A DNA stretch of 64,000 bases, taken from a virus. Lineage: Duplodnaviria; Heunggongvirae; Uroviricota; Caudoviricetes. Made by a program: the position numbers and the translations under genes. The stretch is from the IMG/VR virus record IMGVR_UViG_3300028577_000006. One strand, written 5' to 3'. Of the stretch, positions 28,448-37,877 are shown in pieces (the stretch's first letter is position 1; each line of letters starts with the position of its first letter). The notes beneath the pieces are model-generated. The model did not search any database. It was given only the letters and a program-made list of their open reading frames with translations, and was not told the DNA's origin.

Positions 28448-29224
28448 ATGCTTGATTTTTGGCTTCATCAGGGCGACGCGACCGAGTGGCTGAAGACGCT
28501 GCCGGGCGACTGCGCCGATTTGATTGACACAGATTGCGCGTACGAGTCGCTGGAGAAGCACAGGAAAGTCGGCACGACGACGCGCCTGAAGCAGAGCGAT
28601 GGCTCTTCCAACGAGTGGTTTGAGATCTTCCGCAACGAGCGATTTCCAGAGTTCTTCTCGGAGGCCTATCGCGTCCTGAAGAAAGATCGTCACTTCTACT
28701 TCTTCTGCGACAGCGAGACTGCACGCATCGCAACACCCATCGCCGAGCGCGCGGGCTTCAAGTTCTGGAATGACATCATCTGGGTGAAGACGAAGACCGA
28801 GGCGGCGGCCGATGATCTGACGGAAGATGACATCAAGATCGGCCTCGGCTACCACTACCGTCGCTCGAAGGAGATCATCCTCTTCTTCGAGAAGGGCAAG
28901 CGTAGGGTTGCGGACCTGTCGATCGCCGATGTTCTGCCGTTCCCGCCGGTGCATCGACGTTACCCGACAGAGAAGCCCGTGCCGCTGCACAAGGTGCTTA
29001 TCGAGCAGAGCACGCAGCCGGGCGAGATCGTCGTCGATCCGTTCATGGGCTCGGCGAGCGCAGGCGCAGCAGCTATTGAGCTTGGCCGTTCGTTCTGGGG
29101 CAACGACCTGTCGGACAAGTCGCTGGCGGTTGCGCGCGACCGTCTTTCGCGTTACGAACAGGCGAGGTGTCTGACAGCACCACCGTTCGCGTCGGGCCCG
29201 GCGCAGACGCGGCTTTCTCTGTAG
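28448..29224 (+). CDS. N4/N6 DNA methyltransferase (beta class); start may be 28301
   Basis: GDA.EWL..LP..CADLIDTDCAY (motif IV variant), YPTEKPV, VVDPFMGSAS (motif I). Confidence 0.85.
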   Translation: MLDFWLHQGDATEWLKTLPGDCADLIDTDCAYESLEKHRKVGTTTRLKQSDGSSNEWFEIFRNERFPEFFSEAYRVLKKDRHFYFFCDSETARIATPIAERAGFKFWNDIIWVKTKTEAAADDLTEDDIKIGLGYHYRRSKEIILFFEKGKRRVADLSIADVLPFPPVHRRYPTEKPVPLHKVLIEQSTQPGEIVVDPFMGSASAGAAAIELGRSFWGNDLSDKSLAVARDRLSRYEQARCLTAPPFASGPAQTRLSL

Positions 29225-29235
29225 GCGGGTTCCAC

Positions 29236-29541
29236 ATGGACGACTTGCCCATTCCGGACGACGACCTGCTTCTGGCGCTCGATCGCGACGATTGGCAGCG
29301 GAGGCGGGATCGCAAAAAGTTCGAGGGACTTGACCTGCACGACCTGCCGCCATCCGGTCACGCGCTGGCGCTGGCGCACGATATGGTCGCGGCGCTTGCG
29401 GCCGGCGATGCGACTCGTGCGCTGGAGAGCGCGGCTGCTCTCTCGCGAGCTGCGGCTCTCGTCGTAGATCTCCTTGATGACGACGTGACCGATTACAACG
29501 ATCTCGTTGTGCGCGCCCATGCACGCGTGGGGGCGGCGTGA
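29236..29541 (+). CDS. Hypothetical protein
   Basis: Operon packing. Confidence 0.55.
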   Translation: MDDLPIPDDDLLLALDRDDWQRRRDRKKFEGLDLHDLPPSGHALALAHDMVAALAAGDATRALESAAALSRAAALVVDLLDDDVTDYNDLVVRAHARVGAA

Positions 29542-29813
29542 TGGCTTTCCGCCGCACGATTCCGAGGCCATCGCCGTCGCCTGCCGCCCCCGCAGCGAAG
29601 CCAGCACCCATGCGCTCGGCGGGCAGCGCTGCCGCGGTTCTGGTCGATACGTGCGAGGTTTGCTGCGACCTGCTCTTCGTGGGCGCACACGTTGCGAAGG
29701 ACGACAAGCTCTTCTGCAACGAGACCTGTCGTCGTCAGTGGCATCGCATGAAGCGGCGCGTGCTCTGGGAAACGCACACGCCGTGGTGCATGTGTGTAGA
29801 CTGCTACTCGTAG
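29541..29813 (+). CDS. Cys-rich zinc-finger protein
   Basis: CEVC...FCNETC...CMCVDC. Confidence 0.55.
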   Translation: MAFRRTIPRPSPSPAAPAAKPAPMRSAGSAAAVLVDTCEVCCDLLFVGAHVAKDDKLFCNETCRRQWHRMKRRVLWETHTPWCMCVDCYS

Positions 29814-29826
29814 CCAAGGAGCAGTC

Positions 29827-30135
29827 ATGTCGGACGAAGCCAAGACGAACGAAGAGGTATTCGAGGAAATGGACCTAGCCGTCGCCCGCGTGAAGGAGAC
29901 CAAGAACCTCACGCTGGTCCTGGTGCTCGCGCTGGGCCACGACGGCTACATTACGAGCCTACGTCCGCTGGGCAACTGCGAGTCGCGCGACCTGCGTGAG
30001 GCCGCGGGCTTCATGCTCGGGTTCGCGAACAGGCTCGCGAAGGCCGCTGACGTGCTCGATGGTGATGACGAGGACGACGAGGACGACATGTCGTACGCCG
30101 CACCGCGCCAGAACCCCGGGGAGAAGCCGTCATGA
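29827..30135 (+). CDS. Hypothetical protein
   Basis: AAGGAG RBS. Confidence 0.6.
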   Translation: MSDEAKTNEEVFEEMDLAVARVKETKNLTLVLVLALGHDGYITSLRPLGNCESRDLREAAGFMLGFANRLAKAADVLDGDDEDDEDDMSYAAPRQNPGEKPS

Positions 30136-30560
30136 AGGGCGATCCGCCGAAGGTGGTGCTCTGCCTGGAGGACACCGAATCGCGCATCAGGTGGCTGCGC
30201 GAGATCGCCAAGTCCTACGACGCCACCGTGCATTCGACGGCGCTCGTGAAGGAGTTTCTGACGCTGTGTCAGATGCACTCGAAGAGCGACGTGCGTGCCA
30301 TCGTGCTCGATCACGACCTGGGAGGCTACTCGATGCCGGTGAGTCTTCAGGACTCGGACGGGCTCGATGGCATCGACGCGGTCGAGCGGATGCCGTTCAT
30401 CAACGCGCCGGTGTTTGTCTGGTCGTCGAACGATCAGGAAGCGCCGCGCATGCACCAGCTGCTTCGCGGTCGTGGCTTCGATCCGGTCGAGCAGAAGCCG
30501 TGGTACGGCGATCGTGAAGAGATCGCAGCAACGCTGCGGGCGTGGTTCTCTCGGGCATAG
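30132..30560 (+). CDS. Stand-alone cyclic-phosphate-processing receiver (cREC-like) protein
   Basis: LCLED...IVLDHDLG...DG.DAV...VWSSN; lacks the usual response-regulator output domain. Confidence 0.7.
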   Translation: MKGDPPKVVLCLEDTESRIRWLREIAKSYDATVHSTALVKEFLTLCQMHSKSDVRAIVLDHDLGGYSMPVSLQDSDGLDGIDAVERMPFINAPVFVWSSNDQEAPRMHQLLRGRGFDPVEQKPWYGDREEIAATLRAWFSRA

Positions 30561-30569
30561 GAGGCGAAG

Positions 30570-30869
30570 GTGGCGAAGAAGACGAAGAAGACCGGGACGA
30601 GCGAGCGGAAGTTCTGGGTGGTGCAGAAGCGGGACTTCGTCGCCGACAGCGGCAGCGACTACGTGGGCACGTGGTGCGATTGGCAGACGATCGCGGTGCT
30701 CGACAGCCCCCGCGAGTGTGGGCCCGCGACGCCGAAGCGGAAGCTTCAGTCGGGCATCCGTCGCGTGTTCGTGACGACCGATGCTGCGTCGGCCTGGAAG
30801 TACGACGGCAAGCGCGATGCGCCGAAGAGTCGCCGAGGTCGGATCAGCGACCCACACATGGCCGTCTGA
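30570..30869 (+). CDS. Hypothetical protein
   Basis: AGGAGG RBS. Confidence 0.55.
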   Translation: MAKKTKKTGTSERKFWVVQKRDFVADSGSDYVGTWCDWQTIAVLDSPRECGPATPKRKLQSGIRRVFVTTDAASAWKYDGKRDAPKSRRGRISDPHMAV

Positions 30870-30872
30870 ACC

Positions 30873-31172
30873 ATGCGTAGGTGGACATGGACGGCCGAGC
30901 AGGATCAAGTGCTGACGGCGCTTGATCTGTCTGGGCTCAGCTATCAGGAGGCGGCGCTTGAGTTCAAAGAGCACGAACCTCTTGTCCCGTCGATCTCGGA
31001 CGTCATCGATCGCATGCGATGGCTACGACTCGCGCGCGAAAAGCGAGCCAACGATCCGCTCCGGCGGGTCGTAGAGAAGTACCAAGACGCGGCGGGCGAC
31101 GTGATGGTGTCCGAAGAGGATCTTGCTCGTCTGATCGAAGCCCGCACCGTGATCGCCAGCAACCGGAGGTGA
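30873..31172 (+). CDS. Hypothetical protein, possibly Myb/HTH-like
   Basis: WTAEQD..L N-terminus. Confidence 0.5.
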   Translation: MRRWTWTAEQDQVLTALDLSGLSYQEAALEFKEHEPLVPSISDVIDRMRWLRLAREKRANDPLRRVVEKYQDAAGDVMVSEEDLARLIEARTVIASNRR

Positions 31173-31175
31173 GTG

Positions 31176-31472
31176 ATGGCCCTGTTCTATCCTTCGATGA
31201 TCGCACACGTCGCTGAAGAGGCTGGCATGAAGGTGCCCAACTTCAGCAAGAAGCGTCCGAAAGCCAAGCGCATCGACGACTTCGATCCCAACGCGTATCC
31301 GCACTTCTTCGTGTTCTGCGAAGTCACGCTCGGACGCGCGATCCGGTGGGCGTCGTGGCACGGATGGGCGCGTGGAAACGCGGAGGTCATCGCCAAGCTC
31401 GACGAGGACACGGTGAAGAAAGTCACCCTCGGGAACCTGGTCGACCTGGGCGTCGAACTGAACTGTCTCTAG
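31176..31472 (+). CDS. Hypothetical protein
   Basis: GGAGG RBS. Confidence 0.6.
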   Translation: MALFYPSMIAHVAEEAGMKVPNFSKKRPKAKRIDDFDPNAYPHFFVFCEVTLGRAIRWASWHGWARGNAEVIAKLDEDTVKKVTLGNLVDLGVELNCL

Positions 31473-31481
31473 GAGAACATC

Positions 31482-32354
31482 GTGGGATACGCGCACATCG
31501 ATAACTTGTATCGAGAGCAGACCATTCTGCTCTTCCGTGAATGCTGGGCGATGGAGAAGATCCATGGGACCAGCACAAGCGTTCGCTGGTCCGACGGCAG
31601 GGTCTGGCTCTCGTCCGGCGGCGAGAGCGCGAATCGCTTCAAAGCGCTGTTCGACGAAGCGGCGCTCGTCGAGGCGTTCACGAAGACGGGCCACGACTCC
31701 GTCACTGTCTACGGCGAGGCCTACGGCGGCAGCCAGCAGAAGCAGGCTTGGCGCTATGGCCCCACCCTGAAGTTCATCGGCTTCGACGTGCAGATCGGCG
31801 ACCTCTGGTTGCCGGTGCCGGAAGCAGATGAGTTCGTCACGAAGCTCGGACTCGACTTCGTCCACTACGAAAAGACGTCGACCGACCTGGTGGCGCTGGA
31901 CGCGTTGCGCGACGCGCCGAGCGTGCAGGCCAAGCGCAATGGCGTCGAAGGCGACCGGCCGCGCGAAGGCCTGGTGCTGCGTCCGCTCGTTGGCATGCGC
32001 TTCGAGACCGGCGAGCGGATCGTGTGCAAGCACAAACGCGATGATGAACGCGAGACGGCAACGCCGCGCAAGGTCGTCGATCCGGCGCAGCTGGAGGTGC
32101 TCACGAAGGCCTCGGCAATCGCAGTCGAGTGGGTTACCGACACGCGCCTGGAGCACGTGCTCGACAAGCTGCCGCCGGGCATCGGCGTCGAGAAGACGGG
32201 CGACGTCATCAAGGCGATGACCGAAGACATCGTGCGTGAAGGCGCAGGAGAGTTCGTCGACAGCAAGGAAGCCCGTCAGGCGATCGGCCAGCGCGCACGG
32301 GAACTTTTCCATGTGCGAGTGAAGAAGCAGGCGTTGGGGCAGCGGGAGGCGTGA
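31482..32354 (+). CDS. RNA ligase 2 (Rnl2 family)
   Basis: Motifs I EKIHGT, III VYGE, IIIa FDV, IV EGLVLR, V KHK; Rnl2-type C-terminal 'VTDTRLEHVLDK...GDVI..M.EDI..E'. Confidence 0.85.
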   Translation: MGYAHIDNLYREQTILLFRECWAMEKIHGTSTSVRWSDGRVWLSSGGESANRFKALFDEAALVEAFTKTGHDSVTVYGEAYGGSQQKQAWRYGPTLKFIGFDVQIGDLWLPVPEADEFVTKLGLDFVHYEKTSTDLVALDALRDAPSVQAKRNGVEGDRPREGLVLRPLVGMRFETGERIVCKHKRDDERETATPRKVVDPAQLEVLTKASAIAVEWVTDTRLEHVLDKLPPGIGVEKTGDVIKAMTEDIVREGAGEFVDSKEARQAIGQRARELFHVRVKKQALGQREA

Positions 32355-32614
32355 TGCACTATGTGACCAAGTGGGCGCTCACGCAGGGCATCCTGCGCGT
32401 GGTCGACGGGGAAGAGGACGGCGGGTATCTGACGAGTGGCACTGGTGCCTGGAAGCTGTTTGTTCCGAAACGGGACTACTTCACATCGCTTGCGGAGGCC
32501 GAGCAGCGAGTCGAGCAGATGAAAAAAAAGCGCCGCTCGGCGCTCGGCAAAGCGCTGAAAAAGCTGTCTGAGCCGGTGGTCATCGTAGACTACTCGCAGG
32601 CTGTGAAACGCTAG
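32354..32614 (+). CDS. Hypothetical protein
   Basis: TGATG coupling; YVTKWALTQGI. Confidence 0.6.
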   Translation: MHYVTKWALTQGILRVVDGEEDGGYLTSGTGAWKLFVPKRDYFTSLAEAEQRVEQMKKKRRSALGKALKKLSEPVVIVDYSQAVKR

Positions 32615-32651
32615 CTGTCAGCAGTAGAGCGGTCGTGCGTCTCCTTGGCAT

Positions 32652-33101
32652 ATGCATCACCTCGACCACCCCGTCCGTCACGAACTGGAAGCTCGCCTCA
32701 CGCATGGCTGTGAAGAGGACTGGCCGCTCGTGCGCAGCATGCTGCGCGTCTGCGAGCTAGCCGCTGCCACGCATCACCTGTCTCTGTACGAAGTCGTCTA
32801 CACCACGCGCTCTCGCCTTCTCGTTCTGCATCAGCTGGATCTGTGCGAGTGGCGCCGGGCCTGTGACGCGTGCGACATGCACGACATCGAGCGCTTCACC
32901 GGCCGCCCCGGCACGTTGCTGTCGCTGCTCTGGAACATCGACATTGCGCTCGGCATGGTGGAGATGTTCTTCGCGCGCGACACGGATCTGCTCCCGCCTG
33001 ATGCGCGCCGCGCACGAGCGGAAGCGTGGGACCGCGAGAATGTCCAGCAAGCGCTCGCCGACTGTGGCGTGGACTGTTTCCGCGTTCTCGCGGAGGCGTA
33101 G
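32652..33101 (+). CDS. Hypothetical protein
   Basis: ORF fills the gap between neighbours. Confidence 0.55.
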   Translation: MHHLDHPVRHELEARLTHGCEEDWPLVRSMLRVCELAAATHHLSLYEVVYTTRSRLLVLHQLDLCEWRRACDACDMHDIERFTGRPGTLLSLLWNIDIALGMVEMFFARDTDLLPPDARRARAEAWDRENVQQALADCGVDCFRVLAEA

Positions 33102-33173
33102 CCGCGGTCAGACAGTGCTGCGATTTGTTGTTGCGCGCTGACAGCTCCGGAGCTACACACGGCGTGAGGGTTC

Positions 33174-34094
33174 ATGCAGCAGCCGGGTGTCGGGGTCATC
33201 ATCGCGCGGTTTCAGACGACCGAGCTTCACGCAGGTCACCGCGCACTCCTCGATGAAGTTACTTCGAGGCATCGGCTCGTGGTCGTGGTGTTGGGCGTCG
33301 CGCGCACGTACGTGCCGACGTTCAGCAACCCGCTCGACGTCGAGCGCCGCAAGGAGATGGTGCTGCACCACTATCCGAACGTGAAGGTGCTGACCCAGCG
33401 CGACTGCCGGTCGAACACGATGTGGTCGCAGAACCTCGACAAGCTCGTCGCTGGCGCCTTCCCGGGTCAGACCGAGGCGACGCTCTACGGTTCGCGAGCG
33501 AGCTTCATCGGGAGCTACAAGGGTCGCTATCCGTGTGTCGAGCTGCCGGAGACGACGCCGATCTCGGCCACCGAACTTCGTCGTGACGCCGTAGAGCATC
33601 CGGCACTCACGCGCGAGTTTCGAGCAGGCGTGGTGTACACGGCGACGACGCGTCCTCCGCTCGTGTTCCAGACGGTCGACGTAGCGGTCGTCGATGCCGA
33701 GCATGAGCGCGTGTTGCTCGGCGGCAAACGAGAAGACGATGGCAAGCTGCGCTTCATCGGTGGCTTCGTCGATGGTGCAGATCCGAGTCTCGAAGTCGCC
33801 GCCCGGCGTGAGTGCTTCGAAGAGAGCGGCGGCATCGAGGTCGCGGACTTTCGGTACGTCGGCTCGATGAAAATCGACGACTGGCGCTACCGTGGCGCTC
33901 GCGATTCGATCATGACCGCCTTCTTCGTTGCGACGCACGTCTACGGCTTGCCGCGTGCGACGGACGATCTCGACGGGACGCTCGGCTGGCTTCCGCTGGT
34001 CGAGAAGACGGCGGCAGACATGGTCGAAGAGCATCAGGGGCTCTTCGCGATGCTCCTCAAGCACGGGCAGGACAACAAGTGGTGGCGGACGTGA
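33174..34094 (+). CDS. nadM: Bifunctional NMN adenylyltransferase / Nudix (ADP-ribose pyrophosphatase-like)
   Basis: ARFQ...HAGH (HxGH), NPL, ISATELR; Nudix box GGFVD...AARRECFEESG. Confidence 0.88.
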   Translation: MQQPGVGVIIARFQTTELHAGHRALLDEVTSRHRLVVVVLGVARTYVPTFSNPLDVERRKEMVLHHYPNVKVLTQRDCRSNTMWSQNLDKLVAGAFPGQTEATLYGSRASFIGSYKGRYPCVELPETTPISATELRRDAVEHPALTREFRAGVVYTATTRPPLVFQTVDVAVVDAEHERVLLGGKREDDGKLRFIGGFVDGADPSLEVAARRECFEESGGIEVADFRYVGSMKIDDWRYRGARDSIMTAFFVATHVYGLPRATDDLDGTLGWLPLVEKTAADMVEEHQGLFAMLLKHGQDNKWWRT

Positions 34095-34558
34095 AGAAGA
34101 AGACCAAGGCGAAGGTGACGGAGCACGCGGCGCAGAAAAGCTTTCCGCCGTTCATCCGCGCGAGCGACTACAGCGATCGCCGGGTGGGCTTCCCGAACAT
34201 GCACATCACGGTCGCCGTGGAGGCGATGACGCACGCGGAGCGCGCGAAAGGGCATCGAACGTCGCTGCGTCTTCTCTTCGGAGATCTGCATCGCGTCGTC
34301 ACCGATGGTGAGCAGGCAGCGGGGACCGGACATCGGAACGACTGCATGGTTGCCGCGCTGAACTACGCGTCGCAGATCATGCAGCACGGCGCTCAGGCAG
34401 ATGCTGAGCAGGCGCAGGCGCAGAAGAAGATCGACGAGGTCACCCACTTCGTCGACATGAAGCTGGCGACGCCTGCATTCTACTCGCGCTTCAAGCACGC
34501 GATCGCGCGCACGATGTCGACGTCGAAGCGCGCTCGTCGCAGACGGTCAAGACCGTGA
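34091..34558 (+). CDS. Hypothetical protein
   Basis: GTGA coupling at both ends. Confidence 0.6.
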   Translation: MKKKTKAKVTEHAAQKSFPPFIRASDYSDRRVGFPNMHITVAVEAMTHAERAKGHRTSLRLLFGDLHRVVTDGEQAAGTGHRNDCMVAALNYASQIMQHGAQADAEQAQAQKKIDEVTHFVDMKLATPAFYSRFKHAIARTMSTSKRARRRRSRP

Positions 34559-35583
34559 CCGGCGCACCGCATCACACGCACTGCGTGCGCATGATTCGTC
34601 ACGAGGATCTCGGCGAAGGCTCCGTGATGACCACTGGCTCGCAGGCGGAATGCGAGGCTTACGTGCTCGCGTATTCGGTCCATCCGCATTGCTCGGCTTT
34701 CGTGGAGCCATACATCGATCCGTGGTGGGAAGCGTTCCAGGTCGGGGATGCTTACGGAAGCGGCTTCGAGATGCGCGACGAAGCTTTCGCCGAGGCGAAC
34801 AACGACGGCCTGACCTATCGCCCGCATGGTCTGGGCCCGCCACACGAAGCAGGGCAGACCACAGACGACACGCAGATGGCGGCCGCGGTGTGGGATGTGG
34901 TGTATCGGAACGAGACCGATGGAATGTGGACGCCGACGCTCATGGACTTCTCCCAAGCGTTCTGCGACGAGTTCGCTTTCGCTCCGGCCGCGGGCTACGG
35001 CAGCCGCATGCAAGGCTGGCTGAGGGCGCTCGCGACGGAGAAGGGCGTTGGCGGCCGAGGCCTCATCTTCGCCTCGCGCCAAGGCATCTATGGCAAGGAG
35101 TGGGGCTTCACCGAAGACCGACTGCGCGACTCGTGCGGTGCATGCATGCGTGCGATCCCATGCGGCTTTGCTTCGAGTGCCGAGAACGTGGTTGCGTACG
35201 CCACGACGCAGGCTCGCGTCACGCATCACCACCCGGATTCGATCGATGCCGCGGTGCTCATCGGACTGGCTGCGTACGATCCAGACCGGCTCGATGACGC
35301 GTGCGACTTCGTCGACTGGCAGCGCGGGGATGCGTGGCATCCGTCGGAATGGAAGCGCCAGTCGACGTCCGGCAAGATGATCGCGCTCGCGGCGATGGGG
35401 CTCCTGCATCGGCACCAGTCGCTGCACGAGCTTCTGATCGAGAGCGTCAAGCTTGGCGGCGACGTCGACACGCTTGCGGCGCTTACGCTCGGGATCGGCG
35501 CGCTCGATCCGGGTCGATGGAAGAACGACTTGCCCGATGCGCTTCGCACGGGCCTCCGCAGGTACACGCCGAGTCCAGCATGA
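34555..35583 (+). CDS. ADP-ribosylglycohydrolase (ARH/DraG family)
   Basis: GDAYG, TTDDTQM, GYG, G.CMR, THHHP, GGDVDT. Confidence 0.88.
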   Translation: MTGAPHHTHCVRMIRHEDLGEGSVMTTGSQAECEAYVLAYSVHPHCSAFVEPYIDPWWEAFQVGDAYGSGFEMRDEAFAEANNDGLTYRPHGLGPPHEAGQTTDDTQMAAAVWDVVYRNETDGMWTPTLMDFSQAFCDEFAFAPAAGYGSRMQGWLRALATEKGVGGRGLIFASRQGIYGKEWGFTEDRLRDSCGACMRAIPCGFASSAENVVAYATTQARVTHHHPDSIDAAVLIGLAAYDPDRLDDACDFVDWQRGDAWHPSEWKRQSTSGKMIALAAMGLLHRHQSLHELLIESVKLGGDVDTLAALTLGIGALDPGRWKNDLPDALRTGLRRYTPSPA

Positions 35584-36236
35584 ACATCCTTCTTGTGCGG
35601 CACGGCGAGTCGGAAGCGAACGTCGACAAGACGATTCTTCTCGCTCGTCCCGATCACAACATTGGCCTCTCCGAGCAGGGCAAGCGGGACGCGCAGCGCT
35701 GCGGCGAGTTCCTCAAGAGCTGGTGTCCGAGGGAGCGGCCTATGGCCTCGTGGCGGATGTGGCACAGTCCGTACAAGCGTGCGGTGCAGACCGCTAAGCT
35801 GGTGGAGGTGAACTCTCTGCCGGTGGTGCGCGATCGCAAGGAGCACATCCTGCTCGGAGAGCAACAGTTCGGCCTCTTCGACGGCATCCCGGATGACGAG
35901 CTACCCAGCCGTTTCCCACTGGAGGATGCTCACTACAAGAAACATGAGAGATTCGAGGGACGTTTCTACGCGCGATTTCCTCTCGGAGAAAGCCGCTTCG
36001 ACGTTGCCGCCCGTGTTCACCAGGCGTTCGGAACGTTCCATCGCGACGCCGAACGGCACGGCATTCACGACATCATCATTGTTGGCCATGGCGTGACGCT
36101 GCGCGCCTTCGTGATGATGTGGTGCCACAAGAACGTGCCGTGGTTCGAGACAGAGCCCAACCCGTTGAACTGCTCTGTGCGGTGGATCGACGGTGACGGT
36201 GAAGACCGCGGCTACATCTACAGCGGGAAGCGCTGA
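35580..36236 (+). CDS. Histidine phosphatase (phosphoglycerate-mutase-like)
   Basis: LVRHGES, SPY.RA.QT, L.EQQFG, GES, VGHG. Confidence 0.92.
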   Translation: MNILLVRHGESEANVDKTILLARPDHNIGLSEQGKRDAQRCGEFLKSWCPRERPMASWRMWHSPYKRAVQTAKLVEVNSLPVVRDRKEHILLGEQQFGLFDGIPDDELPSRFPLEDAHYKKHERFEGRFYARFPLGESRFDVAARVHQAFGTFHRDAERHGIHDIIIVGHGVTLRAFVMMWCHKNVPWFETEPNPLNCSVRWIDGDGEDRGYIYSGKR

Positions 36237-36451
36237 TGGGTCTCTTCAGCAAGCAGCCGTGGTTCTGCAACGCGTGCGGCAAGGAGCAGAACTCGATCCC
36301 GTTCCCACCGGGCGCTGTGTATGGCGGCGGCAAGTACACGTGTTGTTCGCGTGATTGTGCTGACGAGATGAACTGGCGCTACACGTTGGCCATCATGGGG
36401 CACGAGTATCAGCCGCGAACGAAGAAGGCGGAGACGGGGAACGAGACATGA
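36236..36451 (+). CDS. Small zinc-finger protein
   Basis: CNACG...CCSRDC. Confidence 0.55.
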   Translation: MGLFSKQPWFCNACGKEQNSIPFPPGAVYGGGKYTCCSRDCADEMNWRYTLAIMGHEYQPRTKKAETGNET

Positions 36452-37875
36452 ACATCGCCAAGGCCACCGATAGCTACAAGGCGTCCCACGCACAGCAGCT
36501 GCCTGCGAACACCAAGCACATCTACTCGTTCTTCGAGAGCCGCGGCGGCGTGCACCCGTACACGGTGTTCTTCGGCCTTCAGTACTATCTGCTGAAGTAC
36601 CTGCAAGGCGTGGTGATCACGCAGCCGCAGTTGGAGGAGGCCAAGCGCATGTGGGCCAAGCACCTCGGCTCGGAGAAGATCTTCGCGCTCGCCGAGCGCG
36701 GCTGGCAGCACATCATCGACAAGCACGGGGGGCGTCTGCCTGTCGAGATCTGCGCCGTTCCAGAAGGCATGGTCGTCCCGACGCGCAACGTGCTCATGAC
36801 GATCGAGAACACCGACCCAGAGGTGCCCTGGCTCACCAACTGGCTTGAGACTGTGCTATCGATGGTGTGGTACCCCATGTCCGTTTGCACGGGCAGCCAC
36901 GCGATGCGCAAGATGCTGCTCGCGTCGCTGGAACGCACCGGCGATCCCGGGCTCATCGATTTCAAGCTGCACGACTTCGGCTTTCGCGGCAGCACGTCAT
37001 TCGAGTCAGCAGCCATCGGCGGTGCCGCGCACCTCGTGAACTTCAAGGGCACCGACACGACACCCGCGCTCGACATGCTCGAAGAGTTCTATGGCTGCTA
37101 CTCCCGGGCTGTCGATCCGGACGGGATGGCTGGCTTCTCGATCCCGGCGAGCGAGCATTCCACGATCACGTCATGGGGCCGTGAGCACGAGGTCGACGCG
37201 TACGCAAACATCCTCGCGCAGTTTCCGACCGGGCTAGTTGCGTGCGTGTCGGACAGCTACGACATCTACAACGCATGCGCGAACCTCTGGGGCGACAAGC
37301 TCCGCGACCAGGTGCTAGCGCGCGACGGCTGCCTCGTTGTTCGCCCGGACAGCGGCGAGCCCACGGAGGTCGTGCCGAAGGTGCTGGAGATCCTCGGCGC
37401 TCGCTTCGGCTTCACGGTCAACGCCAAGGGCTTCAAGGTGCTCGATCCGCACGTGCGGATGATCCAGGGTGACGGCATCGACCTCCAGATGCTCGACAAG
37501 CTCATCGAGGCCATCGAGGCCACGGGCTGGTCGCTGGACAACATCGCGTTCGGCTCGGGTGGTGGTCTGCTTCAGAAGGTGAACCGCGATACGCAGAAGT
37601 GCGCCATCAAGTGCTCGGCCGTGAAGATCGGCGACACGTGGCGCTACGTATCGAAGGACCCGATCACCGATCCGGGCAAGAAGTCGAAGGCAGGACGCTT
37701 GGCGCTGGTGCTTGGAAGCGAGATCGGATTTTTTACGGCGCTACAGGACGCGGTGGTTGGTGGCGCGGGCGAGACGGCGCTGAGCCAGACGCTGCTCGTT
37801 CCCGTCTTCCGCAACGGAGAGGTGCTCGTCACGTACACGCTCGATGCTGTGCGCAAGCGCGCGCTGGATGGCTGA
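36448..37875 (+). CDS. nadV: Nicotinamide phosphoribosyltransferase (NAMPT)
   Basis: TDSYK.SH, LHDFGFRG, AHLVNF.GTDT, SIPASEHS, SDSYD, VRPDSG, IQGDG, FGSGGGLLQ. Confidence 0.95.
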   Translation: MNIAKATDSYKASHAQQLPANTKHIYSFFESRGGVHPYTVFFGLQYYLLKYLQGVVITQPQLEEAKRMWAKHLGSEKIFALAERGWQHIIDKHGGRLPVEICAVPEGMVVPTRNVLMTIENTDPEVPWLTNWLETVLSMVWYPMSVCTGSHAMRKMLLASLERTGDPGLIDFKLHDFGFRGSTSFESAAIGGAAHLVNFKGTDTTPALDMLEEFYGCYSRAVDPDGMAGFSIPASEHSTITSWGREHEVDAYANILAQFPTGLVACVSDSYDIYNACANLWGDKLRDQVLARDGCLVVRPDSGEPTEVVPKVLEILGARFGFTVNAKGFKVLDPHVRMIQGDGIDLQMLDKLIEAIEATGWSLDNIAFGSGGGLLQKVNRDTQKCAIKCSAVKIGDTWRYVSKDPITDPGKKSKAGRLALVLGSEIGFFTALQDAVVGGAGETALSQTLLVPVFRNGEVLVTYTLDAVRKRALDG

Positions 37876-37877
37876 CC

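Noticed and set aside
30132-30560. Conventional two-component response regulator
   Set aside because: It has the DHDLG/SSN signature and no partner kinase or output domain, which fits the cyclic-phosphate-processing receiver clade better.
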